Part shown: positions 1 to 12,652 of the stretch, one piece after another
Layout of the letters: every line of letters begins with the position of its first letter
Numbering within the stretch: the first letter of the stretch is position 1
From: Spirogloea muscicola
Lineage: Eukaryota
Length of the DNA stretch: 40,715 bases
NCBI GenBank assembly: GCA_009602725.1
Contig: WELB01000017.1
Location: forward strand, 960,760-1,001,474
Direction of reading: 5' to 3'
Position numbers and translations under genes: made by a program
Notes under the pieces: model-generated
The model's input: the letters and a program-made list of their open reading frames with translations, nothing else
What the model was told of the DNA's origin: nothing
The model's database searches: none

Positions 1-325
1 GGGGGGGGGGGGGCCGGGGGGCCGTTCAGAAGAGTCTCTCCCATCTCTTCTCGTCGCACTTCCGGTGGCTGTAGAAGTGTCAGATCCATTCGCCGGCGCC
101 GCCGCCGCCGCCGCCGCCGCCGGCGGGCAGATCGGCTGGCGCGGCGCTGCATGGCGTCCGCACTCGGGTCTGCCGTCGGCCACCGTCTGGTCGGACTCGG
201 CACTGACTAGAATTGAGGCTCCCGTCGACGCCTCGCACGGCACCATCAGCGGGAGCTGCAGACCCGGGGCCGAGCCGGGCTCGGCCGGCGTCGCAGGTCT
301 GCTCGGGAAGGCACTGGCTGGCCGC

Positions 326-3300
326 ATGAAGGCGCTGGCGCGGGCGCTCGCCAAGCCCGGGAAGCACTTGCGACTGGGAGCTGAGGCCACCGCCGAGAGC
401 AGGATTCTGGCCGAGCGCAGCAGCCTGCCTGCCTGCGCGAGGGATCAATCGGAGAAGCTCGAGCCGCCACTACCACCAATTCATGGCTTCCACGTTGCGC
501 CTGCGAGCACGCCGGCTGGAGATTGGATGCGCACCACCTGGCAAATCGGTGTCAGGGGTGTCCATTGTGAAAGTGTAACACGAGTCATCTTGCCACAGAA
601 TAGTCGGCAGGCTGGCGGCTACCTGCACGGGCAGGGTGAGATGCTCTCTTTTAGACTTCTTTTCTTAGCGACTCAATCATGTTGCAAACGTTGTTACTTG
701 CACTCTGTTTTTGCCATGTGGTTCTGATACTTCTTCAGCTCTAGGTGCACATATATTTGGCTATGTCGTAGCAATGGCTGAAGAAAACAGGGCCATGTCT
801 GTCTGACAGCGTCGGCTTCAGCAGACGAACTTGATGATGCTGGCGAGAAGACTGGACCTCTGGCAGCTTATCACCGAAAGGTCGAAGCAGGCACGTTGAA
901 ACCAGGAGATGAGCACCAGGTTGGGTTGTAACAAGGCTATCCAAGTTTTCTCTTCCTGTCTGCTAGCTGCTGCACCACTCTATCGAGACTGCCTAGGGGC
1001 ACAGGCCTCTGCCACCCTGCTACACTTGTGCTTGTAAGAAAGTGCAGATGTCATAGTGACAGAGTTTCGAGTGATATGGTCAGTGAACTCCACAGGACTC
1101 CCTGTGACTCTGCGTTCATTGAGCTTGACTTTCTGGCATTTGTGGTATGTTACACAGGTGGCAACGCTGGAGGTTCTGCAGCGGCTCTATGAGGACCTGA
1201 TGAGCAATATGAGCTCAAGGCAAGTCAATGGCAGGTGCGAGCTAGGCAGAAAACTCTAGCAGAGTGTCCAGGCTGTGGTTGCGCTTCAGTAGTTGGCTAG
1301 CATTGTATACAGTGCTCATTGTTATGCTTTTGCAATGGGAGGCTCGAAGCCTCGCTAAGCAACAGCCCTTCTCTGGTTGTCATCGATTTTTGACATGGGC
1401 ATAGTGATCTGCTCCTCTCTGCAATCTTGAATTGGCACATCCTGGGGCCTTAAAGCGCTAGGAGTTCTTTGTGCTTTCTTGATGCAAGATATATGTTTGC
1501 CACCAAAGAAGCAGAAAGATTAGCAAAAAGATGCAACAAGAGTGTATGGAAGTGCCTCACACTTGAGCTCCTTGGGTCCAGGGATGGAGGCTTCTGGTCC
1601 CATTTCTTACTGCGGCCTCAGTCCAGCTCAAGCAGGGGGTTATACCTCTACGGCGGCGTTGGCACCGGCAAGACCATGCTTATGGACATGTTTTACAATG
1701 AACTGTGAGCAGAGTAACAACTCTGCTCGTGATTTTGCCCTCTGTTGAGTGAGGCATAGCATGAAGTACCTCATCTGAACATCCATTGGGAGCTGGCAGA
1801 CTTGTGAGGTTAGCTCTCCTCTTGCAGCATTTCTCATGATCTCACCTTCCTATGCAGGCCTGACGGAATCTCGAAACGGAGGGTACATTTTCACGACTTC
1901 ATGCTTGATGTACAGGGTCAATTGAAGGTACTGCGGAAAGAGCACACAAAGTCCTCGAAGTGACAATGTAACTCATACCTGCAAATCCTGATGCGTAGCA
2001 CTGCCTAGAAGTATATTTGTACATAGCTGACAATATTTCGTGCTTTGAGTATGCAGCAATACAAGGGAACTCCAGATCCCTTGGAAGCTGTTGCTACTGC
2101 TGTAGTCAAGGGGAGCTCCCTCCTGTGTTTGGATGAGTTCATGGTATGCTGACTGCTGTTGTCAGGAGCGTTCTGTTGCCCAACATCCATCAGAATATTT
2201 TGCAGTCAATTGACTGCTCTCGGTGCTGTGGAGGGTCTTCATGAAACAGACTTAGTAGATCAGGCAGCCGCTTAGCTGGAGCCTGGGATGATCAGAGACT
2301 GAAATGCCACCAGCTCTACTGTGCCATAATGCTTAGTATGACACTTGTGCAGGTCACTGATGTTGCTGACGCGATGATACTAAACCGACTATTCAAGCAG
2401 TTGTTTGCAAAAGGCCTGGTGAGTGTCAAGCTAGGCACAGTGCACACCACAATAGCAAAGTTGCACATTACAAGCGTTCAAAGCCTTTGAGACTCGGCTG
2501 TCCTGGTCAAAGATTCTGAAGCTGCGTTCTTGAGTTTCTGTGTACATTACCTGCAGCATGACTGATCCGCAGGTTCTTGTATCAACGTCTAATAGGCCGC
2601 CAGATAGCCTGTATGAAGGTGGCCTGCAGAGATCACTTTTCATGCCATTCATTGATCTGCTCAAGGTAAATGCCTTTGTGCCATTGTTGCAATGGAGTGC
2701 CCGGCTGCTATGCTCTTAAATTTCTGTAGCCAGGTCAACTTGGTAAGCATAAGAAAGAAATGTTGATGTAATTATCTGGGTGACTTGACTGAGAGTTAGC
2801 CGCTGTGTAGTATGCTGGCAGGTGCTATGTATGACAGCTGATACTTCATAGCTTGGTGTTGCAGACCCGATGTGTCGTCCACGGCATTGGATCTACCACG
2901 GATTACAGGCGCCTTAGTGAGGTATCCATGTTTGCTTTTGCCTGGAAAATATGTTGCCTCTGAGGGTGCTCAGTCACCCGTCATGCCAGCTGAGCATACA
3001 TGTCTCAGATCAAGGTTCGTTGTTGGTGCTTGTAGATGGAGCATGGACTTTACTTCACTGAGGAAGATGGTGACAGATTACTTCAGAGCAAGTTTCGGAT
3101 GTGCACAGACGGGGGCTTGGCATCTCCTACATCAGTGGAGGTCGTCATGGGCCGTAAGCTGCAGGTGTGCAATTAGGAGGCCCACTGTGGTCTTTATAAT
3201 TCGATATTGATGACTGCAAATGAACCTCCCAGACAATGGTGAAGGAGGGACCTCTGCTTTGCTGTCTAGTGCATGGTGGTTCTTATGAGTTGTTGCTATT

Positions 3301-4470
3301 TGAGTATTGAGATGCATAAGCCAGCTGAAGAGGGCTTGTAGCATGAGTTTCCAAATTGACCTTGTGTATAATGCTCTTCTGCTGCAGGTTCCTTTTGCTG
3401 TAAATGGAGGTGCCTATTATCAATTTCACGAGCTTTGTGAGCTGCCCCTTGGAGCTGCTGACTACTCTGCTCTTTGTAGTGAGTGAAGAAGCTTCTGAAA
3501 CCCCAGTTTCTGCACTGATTGGACTGCCACCAGAAGTAGTGCTCCTATCAAGGATGCTACGTCGAGTTTCCCTATCACTTAACACTAGTGATCTTACGCA
3601 GAGAATTTTCACACTGTGGCGGTAGAAGGTGTTCCAGCATTTGGTGCCTCAGATCGAACGGCGGCATACAGATTTGTGACGCTTATTGATGTGAGAGCTC
3701 ATCCGCTGACAAGCTCGTGTCATATATGCAACACTTGTCAACCAAATTGGTCATGCCATTTAGTCACTAGTCTGCCATTCGGTCACTTGTCAGCTGATTG
3801 GAGCTGCACTTGCGGTTGTGCCTTAATAGCATGGCGGGCATGCCCAAAATTGTGGATTGCTGCTGAGTGATTGTCCTCTCTGCTCAAAATATTCATTAAT
3901 CAGCATCCACTCTGAGAAATACTCACAAAGCACTTTCAAGCTTGGAGACATACTAGTGAGTGAGTAGTGCCCTGACCACTTTCTGGCTCATCAATAGAGC
4001 TAGTATAATTGCAGGTCATATATGAGCACAGGACTCGCTTCATATGCTCGGCTGAGGCCGACCCCATCAAGCTTCTTGAGCGGGTGGTGACGAGGGCAGA
4101 TGCTCCAAGGAGAACATCAAGTCGATCAAACAGGAGCGACTCCGTGGACATTTGCGTTGACGACGAGCTCGGTTTTGCTAAGGAGCGGACAATCAGCAGG
4201 TATGCTCTTGTCCTAGGCCACCTTCTTGAAATGGCAGGTCAGAGTCAATATCTTCTACAGAAATTGGAGATTCAGATATGCACAATCAGCACTGCGTCCA
4301 ATCTATCCATTAGAGGAGGACTTCTAATCTCATATCAAGGTACATGCACTCCTCACACCCGATCTCGCCTTGCCAGGATCACGGAGATGCAGACGCCGGC
4401 GTATGAGGCTGCTCATCGCGAGCACTGGCCTTCTCGCCAAGCGAAGCCCCCGCTATCACACCCACATTGA
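326..4470 (+). CDS. AFG1: AFG1/ZapE-family (LACE1-like) AAA+ ATPase, probably mitochondrial; ~14 exons
   Basis: Exons ~326-635, 810-919, 1158-1234, 1582-1704, 1858-1927, 2057-2143, 2353-2418, 2573-2665, 2865-2921, 3036-3164, 3388-3478, 3602-3690, 4015-4199, 4377-4470. They splice into [19 protein letters not shown] (Walker A), [26 protein letters not shown] (Walker B), [35 protein letters not shown] and [16 protein letters not shown]. The start ATG at 326 is inferred. Confidence 0.93.
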
Positions 4471-5057
4471 CCCATTGCTTTTTGAAACAAGCAGCTATGG
4501 TTTTTTCTTCCAGCATGCTTCACTCGTGGCTTCATTGCCACTTAACAGGGCGTTGAGCAATTAGCTCCGCTGCCATTGCATGATATTACAGCTCGGAAGG
4601 GAGCGCACATGCGACTGGCCCTCATTGTCATCCACCCTTCAACTGTGCTGGATTGTATTTCCTGATTCGTTTAAACATAACAGCCAACTTGGCTTTCTTC
4701 ACTGGTGTACGTCAATGTGGCCCTTGGATTGGAGGTACAGGGCATGGATCTAATTTGAAGTATTTAAAGGTTGTCTGGTCAGTGTAAGGTCTAGTAGTGC
4801 TGGGCATGATGACCAGCTGTGACTTCTGTGAGCACTTGCGGCGGATGTGATTTACATTCTCATACCCACAGCATTGGTTGCAAGGCATGCTCAGGGCAGG
4901 GCGGTGATGGCGGGCTTGACCACCAGAGAGGCCAAGGCGGATGGGTGAACACCTCAACAAACCCCCAAACTCTGGCATTGTTGTTACTTCTGGACTGCTT
5001 ACTTTTGCCCAGAGTGCCAAGCCTCCACAGTATGAGGGCTTCAGGTCGACCTGCCGC

Positions 5058-8000
5058 CTAAGCGATCTTCGCCAGCGTTGCGGAGTTCCTCAACCACTTT
5101 GCGCCAGCCCGGGCGTAAGCGTCCAGCCAACCCTGGATGATGCGGCACTCGGCTTCCCGCTGCCTCTGGACGGATGGCGGGTCGTCTGGCGTGCTCGCAC
5201 GCAGGTCCAGGTGGTGCGCGCCTGCAGGATTGTAGAGAGATGAGGTGCTGAACTCCCAGCCCCTTGGAAGTTGCACTTGCACATCTTATTCGCATCCTAC
5301 TGACTTGACGCCGTCTACGCTGCAGTGTGAGCGAGTCAACTGGACGTGCTTTCAAAATCTCAGCCAGAGGCCGTGAACATGACATGTCACAATCTGGTGA
5401 CAGAGGCCCAGGCTCACCGTCAGAAATGGTGAGAGCCACAACTGACCGCGATATGTTTTCTAAAACCCTGCAGAATGGAGCTCAGTGGTCATGTCAATGT
5501 GCTGAGCACCATGATTATACCATGCATCGGGATTATTCAGGTGCTCCATAATCTCGGTACAAGGGGTGTGTTGCTCAATAGACAGAGTGGCAGGATCTAT
5601 GGCGGAATTCTCGAGGAACAAGCAAGGCCATCCTTTCAGGTGCAGGAGAGGCACGTGGACTCTTACCCGCCACCGCTCCAGGGGTCCAGGAGGCCATTGG
5701 AGAAGATAATATTGCTTGCAAAGTCGCGCAGCGTTCGCTTGATGTCCTGCGCTCGTTAGCAAGCCGTGGATGTGAATCAACGCAGCAGCAGCAGGTTAAT
5801 ATGACTCAAGGCTATTTACACATCACACTTTTGTGCAGCTAATTATTTAACGCTTGATGTGAGACCCTGAAGTGCACAGATAAGTTTGGCCCACTACGGA
5901 GACTACACTAGCAGGACTGCATACCCTGCCACCAAACTCGGTAGGTATCCATTTTGGCCTCGGCCGGACACCAAATTGACTGATACATCGGTCAGCATAG
6001 GCACTTGGATCCCAGCAAAAGGGTGGGAACATGCTGTTGCTTGCATTGCTGGCCATGGGCATCACCATCTCAGTGCACGCCTGAGACGACACAGCAAGTG
6101 CAGCAGTCAGATGATTCTTGGTCAGCCCCAGGGTCTAGGCTTTTTAGGACCTCAATAAGTTGGTCTAAGACCCAGGGCTAACAACGTTGGCACAGCTATG
6201 GCTTACAACGGAGGGGATGCACAGCTTGTCCAGGCCTCAGACTCGGTCTAAGCTGGGTGCTGGTCAGGCTCTGACATGAACTTAGGACGTCCTTAGGTAA
6301 CCAACATGTAATGGTTTGAATGGGTTATAGGTCAGGAGTCATCACAAGATCGCAAGCCTCTCTCGGGTTATTCATTTGAAGTCTTGCCTTCGTCACAGTG
6401 CGCAGCAGCTTGCATATGAGAGCTTGCACAAGCAACCGGCATATATTGCAGGTGGCAGAAGCGCGCAAGGTTTGCAAACAGGCAAGGTGCAAATTACCTG
6501 ATAGTCCCAACCGCTCATTCCGTGCGGATCATCTCCTGGTGCGAAGCAGGCGGCTGCCCCAGTGTGATTGTAATAGACACTCACACCTGCGAACACACGC
6601 TCCAGTATAGAGCTCTTACCCTGCAGCCCATCCATGGCTCTGCACACCTGCATGCATCACGCGAGCGCACGCCCGCTGGGGCGGGGAAGAGTGAGACAGC
6701 GAGAAGACGAGAGAAGGAAAGCACTGACTCGCCCTAGGCTCCCGACTAACCTGTCAGGTTCTCGCATCAGCAAGTGCTTTGGGACCCAATCGATATCTGC
6801 AGGCGAGCTCTTACAAGCATGCAAGGCAGACTCTGACACCTGGTGCCTTTAGTAGTGGGAGTGTTCTTTGCGGGGGTTGGATGATACAGAGAGTCAACAG
6901 CAATAGCAACAGCAGAGGTAGTCTACTGCTGGTAGCTTGCATGACCTCGCGGATTGGGTAGGCGGGTAGCGGCATCATGAAGCTTGCAGACACAGGGTAG
7001 TCGACCATGGCAAGGAACGAGTATGCCTCCTCCAGCCAGTTCTTGAGCTCCTCAGTCGAGTTGAGATCGCTCGTAAGCAGCAGAGATCAGCCAGCAGGCG
7101 AGATCTGATATGATCTGTTAGATGAGATAATTCGATATGCATGATGCGCACTGTTCACAATGTAAGACGTAGCATCTAACACGTGGACCTTCAGCATAAG
7201 AGCCAAAGCAACATTGGTGCAAGCATGGAGGCGCCCACCAGCGGACCTGCAGAGGTGGAAGGTGTGGCGGAGTTCCTGCAAGCCGTCCCGGGAGCTCCCA
7301 ACGTCGTCAATGACCGTCCAGGACTGGCGGATGTCTTGGAAGCACGACTCACTTTCTCGCTGCCCACCAAATGCACAAGAGGCAGGGGTCAGGCCGAGCT
7401 CTTAATTTCATGTTATCTGTCTCGTGGACCTGGGGGTAGCCTTCGTATCATTGGGTCAACCAAGTTGCAAATTATAATTTGCAAAATGTATGTCATGGGG
7501 TCACTCTGTGCCTTCAAGTGGGTCGCACCCTGAAGTCTTCAGAGACGATGCGGTAGAACGTGTCGGGTGGCACAAAGTCCTCAAACTGCAGTATGGGTGC
7601 GGATGATGCGAGTGCGCCGGTTGCGACGTGTGGGTACTTGAGCCGGAACCATGCCGCCAACACTGCCAGTATCGGCATGGAAAGGGTTAGTGCATAACTG
7701 GAAGTAACCTGACTGTAATGCGGGCTACACATAGGGCATTGCATACGACAGCAACATAGGGCACTGTTGTTTGCAAGTGCCTGCCCATGAAGGTCTAAGT
7801 AGTTCTGCTGAACTTAGCTTCACAATGAATCATCTCATTACCACATAGTCACCAAGAATCCTGACTATGCACGCTTCACTACACCAAGAATGAATCTAAC
7901 CCGCATCAACGCTTAATGCAGGGCTGCTTTTATGCAGGCGACTGCGCCTGGCGGCTGTGGCATGGGCAATAACGGCAGCGGCTGAGTAATGAGATTTTGG

Positions 8001-8831
8001 TCATCCTGTCGGCTCGCGAGCTTACTCCCGCCATAGGAGCCGCCAAAGACAACTACCGGGCTCGCCTGCGCCAACAGGTTGGCTTTGAGGTCTGTGACAA
8101 GCGCAGCGAGGTCGGCAAGCGCCTGCTCCGCCGTAAGGAATGCAAGGCTTTCACCACCAGCCCCCCGCATGGCCACCTCCGGTATGGACTTGCCATAGTA
8201 GCGATGCTGCAAACAGTCCCAACAGATATAACAGCAAAACCTCACTGAGAATAAATATCAGCTTCTGCTGCTGCTAAACGCTAGACTGGATCAAGGCTTC
8301 TCTGCGGCGCTATATTATAAAGTGATTGCAGTAACAAGCTAAGCATGCAGTCGCAGTCATAAGTAACTGCTGAATTCTGAGGACCCATCAGTCACAAGCG
8401 CATTCGGCATTGCCGCGAGTCTGCTCTGGCACGGGGTGCACCTCCGGGAAGACGAGCAGCGCTCCAAAGCGCGGCGCAATCTCCCACATGAAGCCCGTGT
8501 TCTTGGCGAACCACGCAACATCGCCCTCGTTGCCACAGTAGACGAAGATGGGCGCGCCGGCGTCGGCGCCGTCCCAGTCGCCATCGTTCAGAAGGTACCT
8601 CTGGCGGAAGGTGGCGTCGGAGCCGAAGCTGAAGTGGTCCAGCGTCTGCTCATAGAAGCGCTCAGTCCAATTGTACCGCCGCTGCAGCGGAACCGTATGG
8701 GCGACTGCCGCCGCCGCCGTTTGGGTTTGATGGGGAAACCGCGGCGCCGACGACGCAGCTACGGCAGCTATACCGGCAGCAACGACGAATGCCAAAACTT
8801 GGAGTCACGGCGTGTGCTTGTTTGCCGCCAT
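5058..8831 (-). CDS. PRCP: Lysosomal Pro-X carboxypeptidase (peptidase S28), 10 exons; in-frame TGA at codon 9 (possible pseudogene, allele or read error)
   Basis: Exons ~8831-8442, 8206-8026, 7662-7529, 7359-7247, 7069-6946, 6647-6498, 6080-5925, 5746-5667, 5468-5418, 5221-5058. Motifs: [44 protein letters not shown] (catalytic Ser), [33 protein letters not shown] (Asp), GAHHLDLR (His). The N-terminus looks like a hydrophobic signal peptide. Confidence 0.92.
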
Positions 8832-11800
8832 GGCGGCTTTCCGTGCAGCACTTGCTCCAGTCATCTGGAGTTTAAGGATGCACAGTTCACAACTCTAGGA
8901 ATTTAGGGAATAGGAGTGAGCCAGTTTAGGGTTCAGCTCAGTGCGACGCAGGGCAGTGGCGACACTGAAGAAGCAATGGCCGCTGCCACTGCCGCAGTCA
9001 CAGCCGTCGCAAGCACCACACAATCCTGCCTCGCTCACAAATTCTCACAAGGCCACCGCTGTCGCGGATTTCAGCCTTGTGACGGCTGCTGTAGCATCTG
9101 CTCCACCAGCCTGTGGCCCAATTTACTAATGAGTTTCCTTGATCTCTGAGGACGCTTGAAGTACATTCCAGATCATCAGCATATCAGTGTTGAAAGGTTC
9201 TACTTACCTCACTTTGATTCGGATCTGGCCCCCAAGTGCTCTCTCTTCTATGACAATCTCTTAGAAGACTGTGACAGCAAGTAGGATGGACAAGGTGGTG
9301 GGTCACTCTGTGGGCTGGCAGGACGACCATCATGCTCTGCACATGCTTGCCATCGACCTAGCTATAAGCGTCGTTCTTGTTGACCACTTCTAATGAGACC
9401 AGGTTGGCAAGCCCAGCACCTCTATGGTGGCAACTGCTGAAGGTGACATGGAGCTGCATTGCCTCTTTTCCTCTCCACTAGCAACCATGTCCTTCACGAT
9501 TCCGTCTCAGTGACAACGGATGCCTGAACCTGCATGCTGCGTGACAGAAAATGTATTGGCTGCAAGCGTCCACTTTGTAGGAAACCATTTCGGACAACAA
9601 GGGCTTCTTAGTGTTCACTGGCGTGCTGTGAGTGCTGCAAACCACCATGCTGCAGCAAGCTCAATCGAAGCTCGAGTCAAGGAGAGCGGGGTCTTGCTTG
9701 CTTCGGTTCCACGCCCTGCCTTGTAGGATTGACATGTATTCATACTCTGTGTCACTGGCAGTGCAGTGTAGTGGTCGCCAGACTCTGTGGTGTGTCTCAG
9801 AACTCTTTGACACTAAGCCAAATTCACTGGCTGACATTGGACATGTTACCTACAGAAGAAACAATGGTAGCAGACTAATGATGTGTGCAGTGGAGGTGCG
9901 ACATCTGTCCTCCTCACACTTTCGATTTCTGACAAGCATGCATTGCACTTAGCACTGTGGCCATCGCTTCTTAATCCATAGCTTTGTAGAGAGCTGGGTT
10001 GCCACTTCCTAGCTGCTGACAGAAGTCTATCCTCCACCAGTCTAAGCCTGGAAAGACATTACACCAGCACTTCAAAGCCGGCACCGTAAGAAAGTGAAGC
10101 ATATGAGGTGCCACTTCAGGAGTACACTTTGATTGCTCACACGGCTATTGCAGCAGCCAAGGAAAGAAAGCTGACGGCTGCTCAGACCCTTAGATTCCGC
10201 CATCACGGTGCGCTCAGTGGCGTAAGGAATGTGAAAGATATCGTCACAGCAGCCTTGAGCACTCCTAAAATACCAGAGCGATGCATCATATTGTGCTCGC
10301 AAGCGCTTGCAAATTCCAACATGGAGCACACATGACTCTGCGCAGTACCTTGCTTGTTGTACTGCAGGAATCAAGCCATGTCCAGATAAACAACCCTTAA
10401 GAGCAGCTGATTATCCTGCATCTTCACAAGAAACAGGGTGATCTGTCGTCAGGAAGTTGTTGACAGCTAATTTTCCAATTCTTCAAAGGAAAGGAGGCAC
10501 GCAGTGCGATTGAAGTGGAAGGGAGGCCAAGCCGAGTTGGTAGACTCTTTGGGCAAGAACGGAACTGAAAGAAGTTCAGCTACACAAAGTAAAGTCCTTG
10601 GTCAAGAGGGGCTAAGGTAACAGGGCAAAAGAATTGCTGAAGGTGGGACTTAATGAAACCCAAAAGGAAGCATCACGCCCACGTGCTAGGCTGCAAGCCA
10701 GCCACCCCAACTACCAGAAGAGAGCAACGTGCAGAAAGATGTGTGAAGTACCAGCAATAAGCAGCCAATCGTCACCTGAGGTCATGTCTGTGGAGAAAAA
10801 GGCCCCCATGCACCTCCCCATGAGACTGTTCCAGCTACAATTAAGCTGCAACTTCTCAGGCGTACTTGATATGGTGGATGCCTACAGTGCTGTTGCAGCC
10901 AAACACTGGCCGATGAGGACATTGACCGATCTATAGCTCCAGCCTGCCCTTTTGAATTCCAGAAGGGCGATGAGATGCATGCGCAAGCAATACCAGCACA
11001 CACCATCAACAAAGGCTCTCCACTGCGTCTCAGGCACGTGGGCATGTCATATCCAACTTTTCATAAGTGCATGCAAATCATATAACTTCGAGACGAATCT
11101 CATGAAACCGTAGCAGGATCAAGACATTATGAAGCTAACAAGACTGTCACAATCATGGCGGCTGCATGCCAGCTGTCCTCTTGCTTTCCCAAGACGAGCT
11201 TCAGTGGGGCAGGGTAGTAAATCGAGACCCTCAACAAGTCAGAATGGCAGGAGGTTCTGGCATTCCTCTGTGGACAGCCGAACACCAGGGCATGCACGAA
11301 GAGCACGGCTGGCTGCCTAATGGCTGGCCACTCGCCACAAAAAAAAAATCTCACCTTCAAAACGGCATTGCAGGCCTGGGGCCCCAGCAGGCACTTATCA
11401 CCAGCAGTGCAGGAGCAAGCAAAGCAATGAAGGCTTTGTCACCTCTGACTCCTGGACACCTGGTGACAGTGAGGGATTCATGCACCAGTGAGTGTGGCCC
11501 AACTTTTCCAGCACATGTCCCAGACCTCACGTCCCATGTGACGTATGACTAATGACGACCATCGGATAGCGAAGGCTGGGCGCACAGTGGCCAGAAGGGG
11601 CTTCAATCCTCACTGGCCGCAATGCTCTGGCTTCACGGGAACGGGTCCAGGAGCACAGGGTGAGCTCAAGAACCAACTTATTAGAAGCTATGCCAGTGAC
11701 AGTGACGTGTTTGGCACCAGCACACACTGCCTTCTATCTATTCTGAAGCGGTTTGACATGTGTTTTGGCTTCCATCTATTCTTGATGCGGTTTGGCATGT

Positions 11801-12184
11801 GCTTTTGCTGTGGCAGCACAGAGCGATCAGAAAACTTTGAAGACTATTTCTGATACTCAGCACTGTGTATCAGGTGTATTGATCTCATCACACCGCTATA
11901 GATGTCGCAGAAGCAAGGCACCAGTGTGCTGGCGATGTATGTACAGCTACTATGCTAGTAGGGCGCAATGCAACGCCTCCATAACCGGCATACAAAGCAA
12001 TGACTTGTATGAAGCAGGCATTCCAGGCTGGTGATACGGACCCTGGGGTTTCGTCAGGAACATGAGGCTAAGTGCTTCTTGTGACGCTATTGAAATCATA
12101 GACGATGCCAATGCGCATTCTCCCTTCTGCAAAGCCAATCTCCATGTCCACATATCAGAAAAGGAAATCCTTTCAGAAGGGAGA

Positions 12185-12198
12185 CCCTAAACCCTAGC
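12185..12198 (+). promoter_or_regulatory. Possible telo-box (AAACCCTA) ~460 bp upstream of HASTY
   Basis: ACCCTAAACCCTAG. Similar TTTAGGG motifs occur at ~8902 and ~8925, upstream of the carboxypeptidase start. Confidence 0.3.
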
Positions 12199-12652
12199 CA
12201 CCCTTTCACGTTTGGACCTTTAGCAAGGACGATAATGTAGCACCATCCAATTCGTCAACAGGTCAGCGCTTCGCCATGACGACTCAACGGGTGATGCGGC
12301 ATGTGCGCCCTCTGGGGATCTCACGCCTATCAGCCGCAAGGACGCGATCAAACATCCTTGGACCACAGGATAGAGAGAAGAGAAGGCAACCATTGGCAGA
12401 GAGACGCCGTTCTGCTTGCACGAGCAGCGCTCGTACATGGAGTTCTACATAAAGTCGTCCAAGTCCTAACGAACTTGCTGAGAGCATGACCAGACGGGCA
12501 GGGGCCTTGCCTGCCGCCTTGCCCGATGCCTCGGCTCGCCTGGCCGGCTCACGCTGGGGCTGCGGCAGAGCCCCGTCATGGCGGCACAGGAGCCGCACGC
12601 GCCGCCAGCGCCCGGGCCCCCTTCAGGCTGTGGCGCGCCTGGAGGCGCCGCC

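Noticed and set aside
1218..1240. GC donor AAG|GCAAGT in AFG1
   Set aside because: A canonical same-phase CAG|GTGCGA donor lies 15 nt downstream, so a GC intron is not required.
8805..8807. Selenocysteine at the in-frame TGA
   Set aside because: It lies in a signal-peptide region, S28 peptidases are not known selenoproteins, and no SECIS was recognised.
8436..8906. Antisense and GC-rich ORFs (here, 12466-13007, 23068-23673, 29922-30518, 30797-31447)
   Set aside because: Shadows of GC-rich first exons; low-complexity translations with no motifs.
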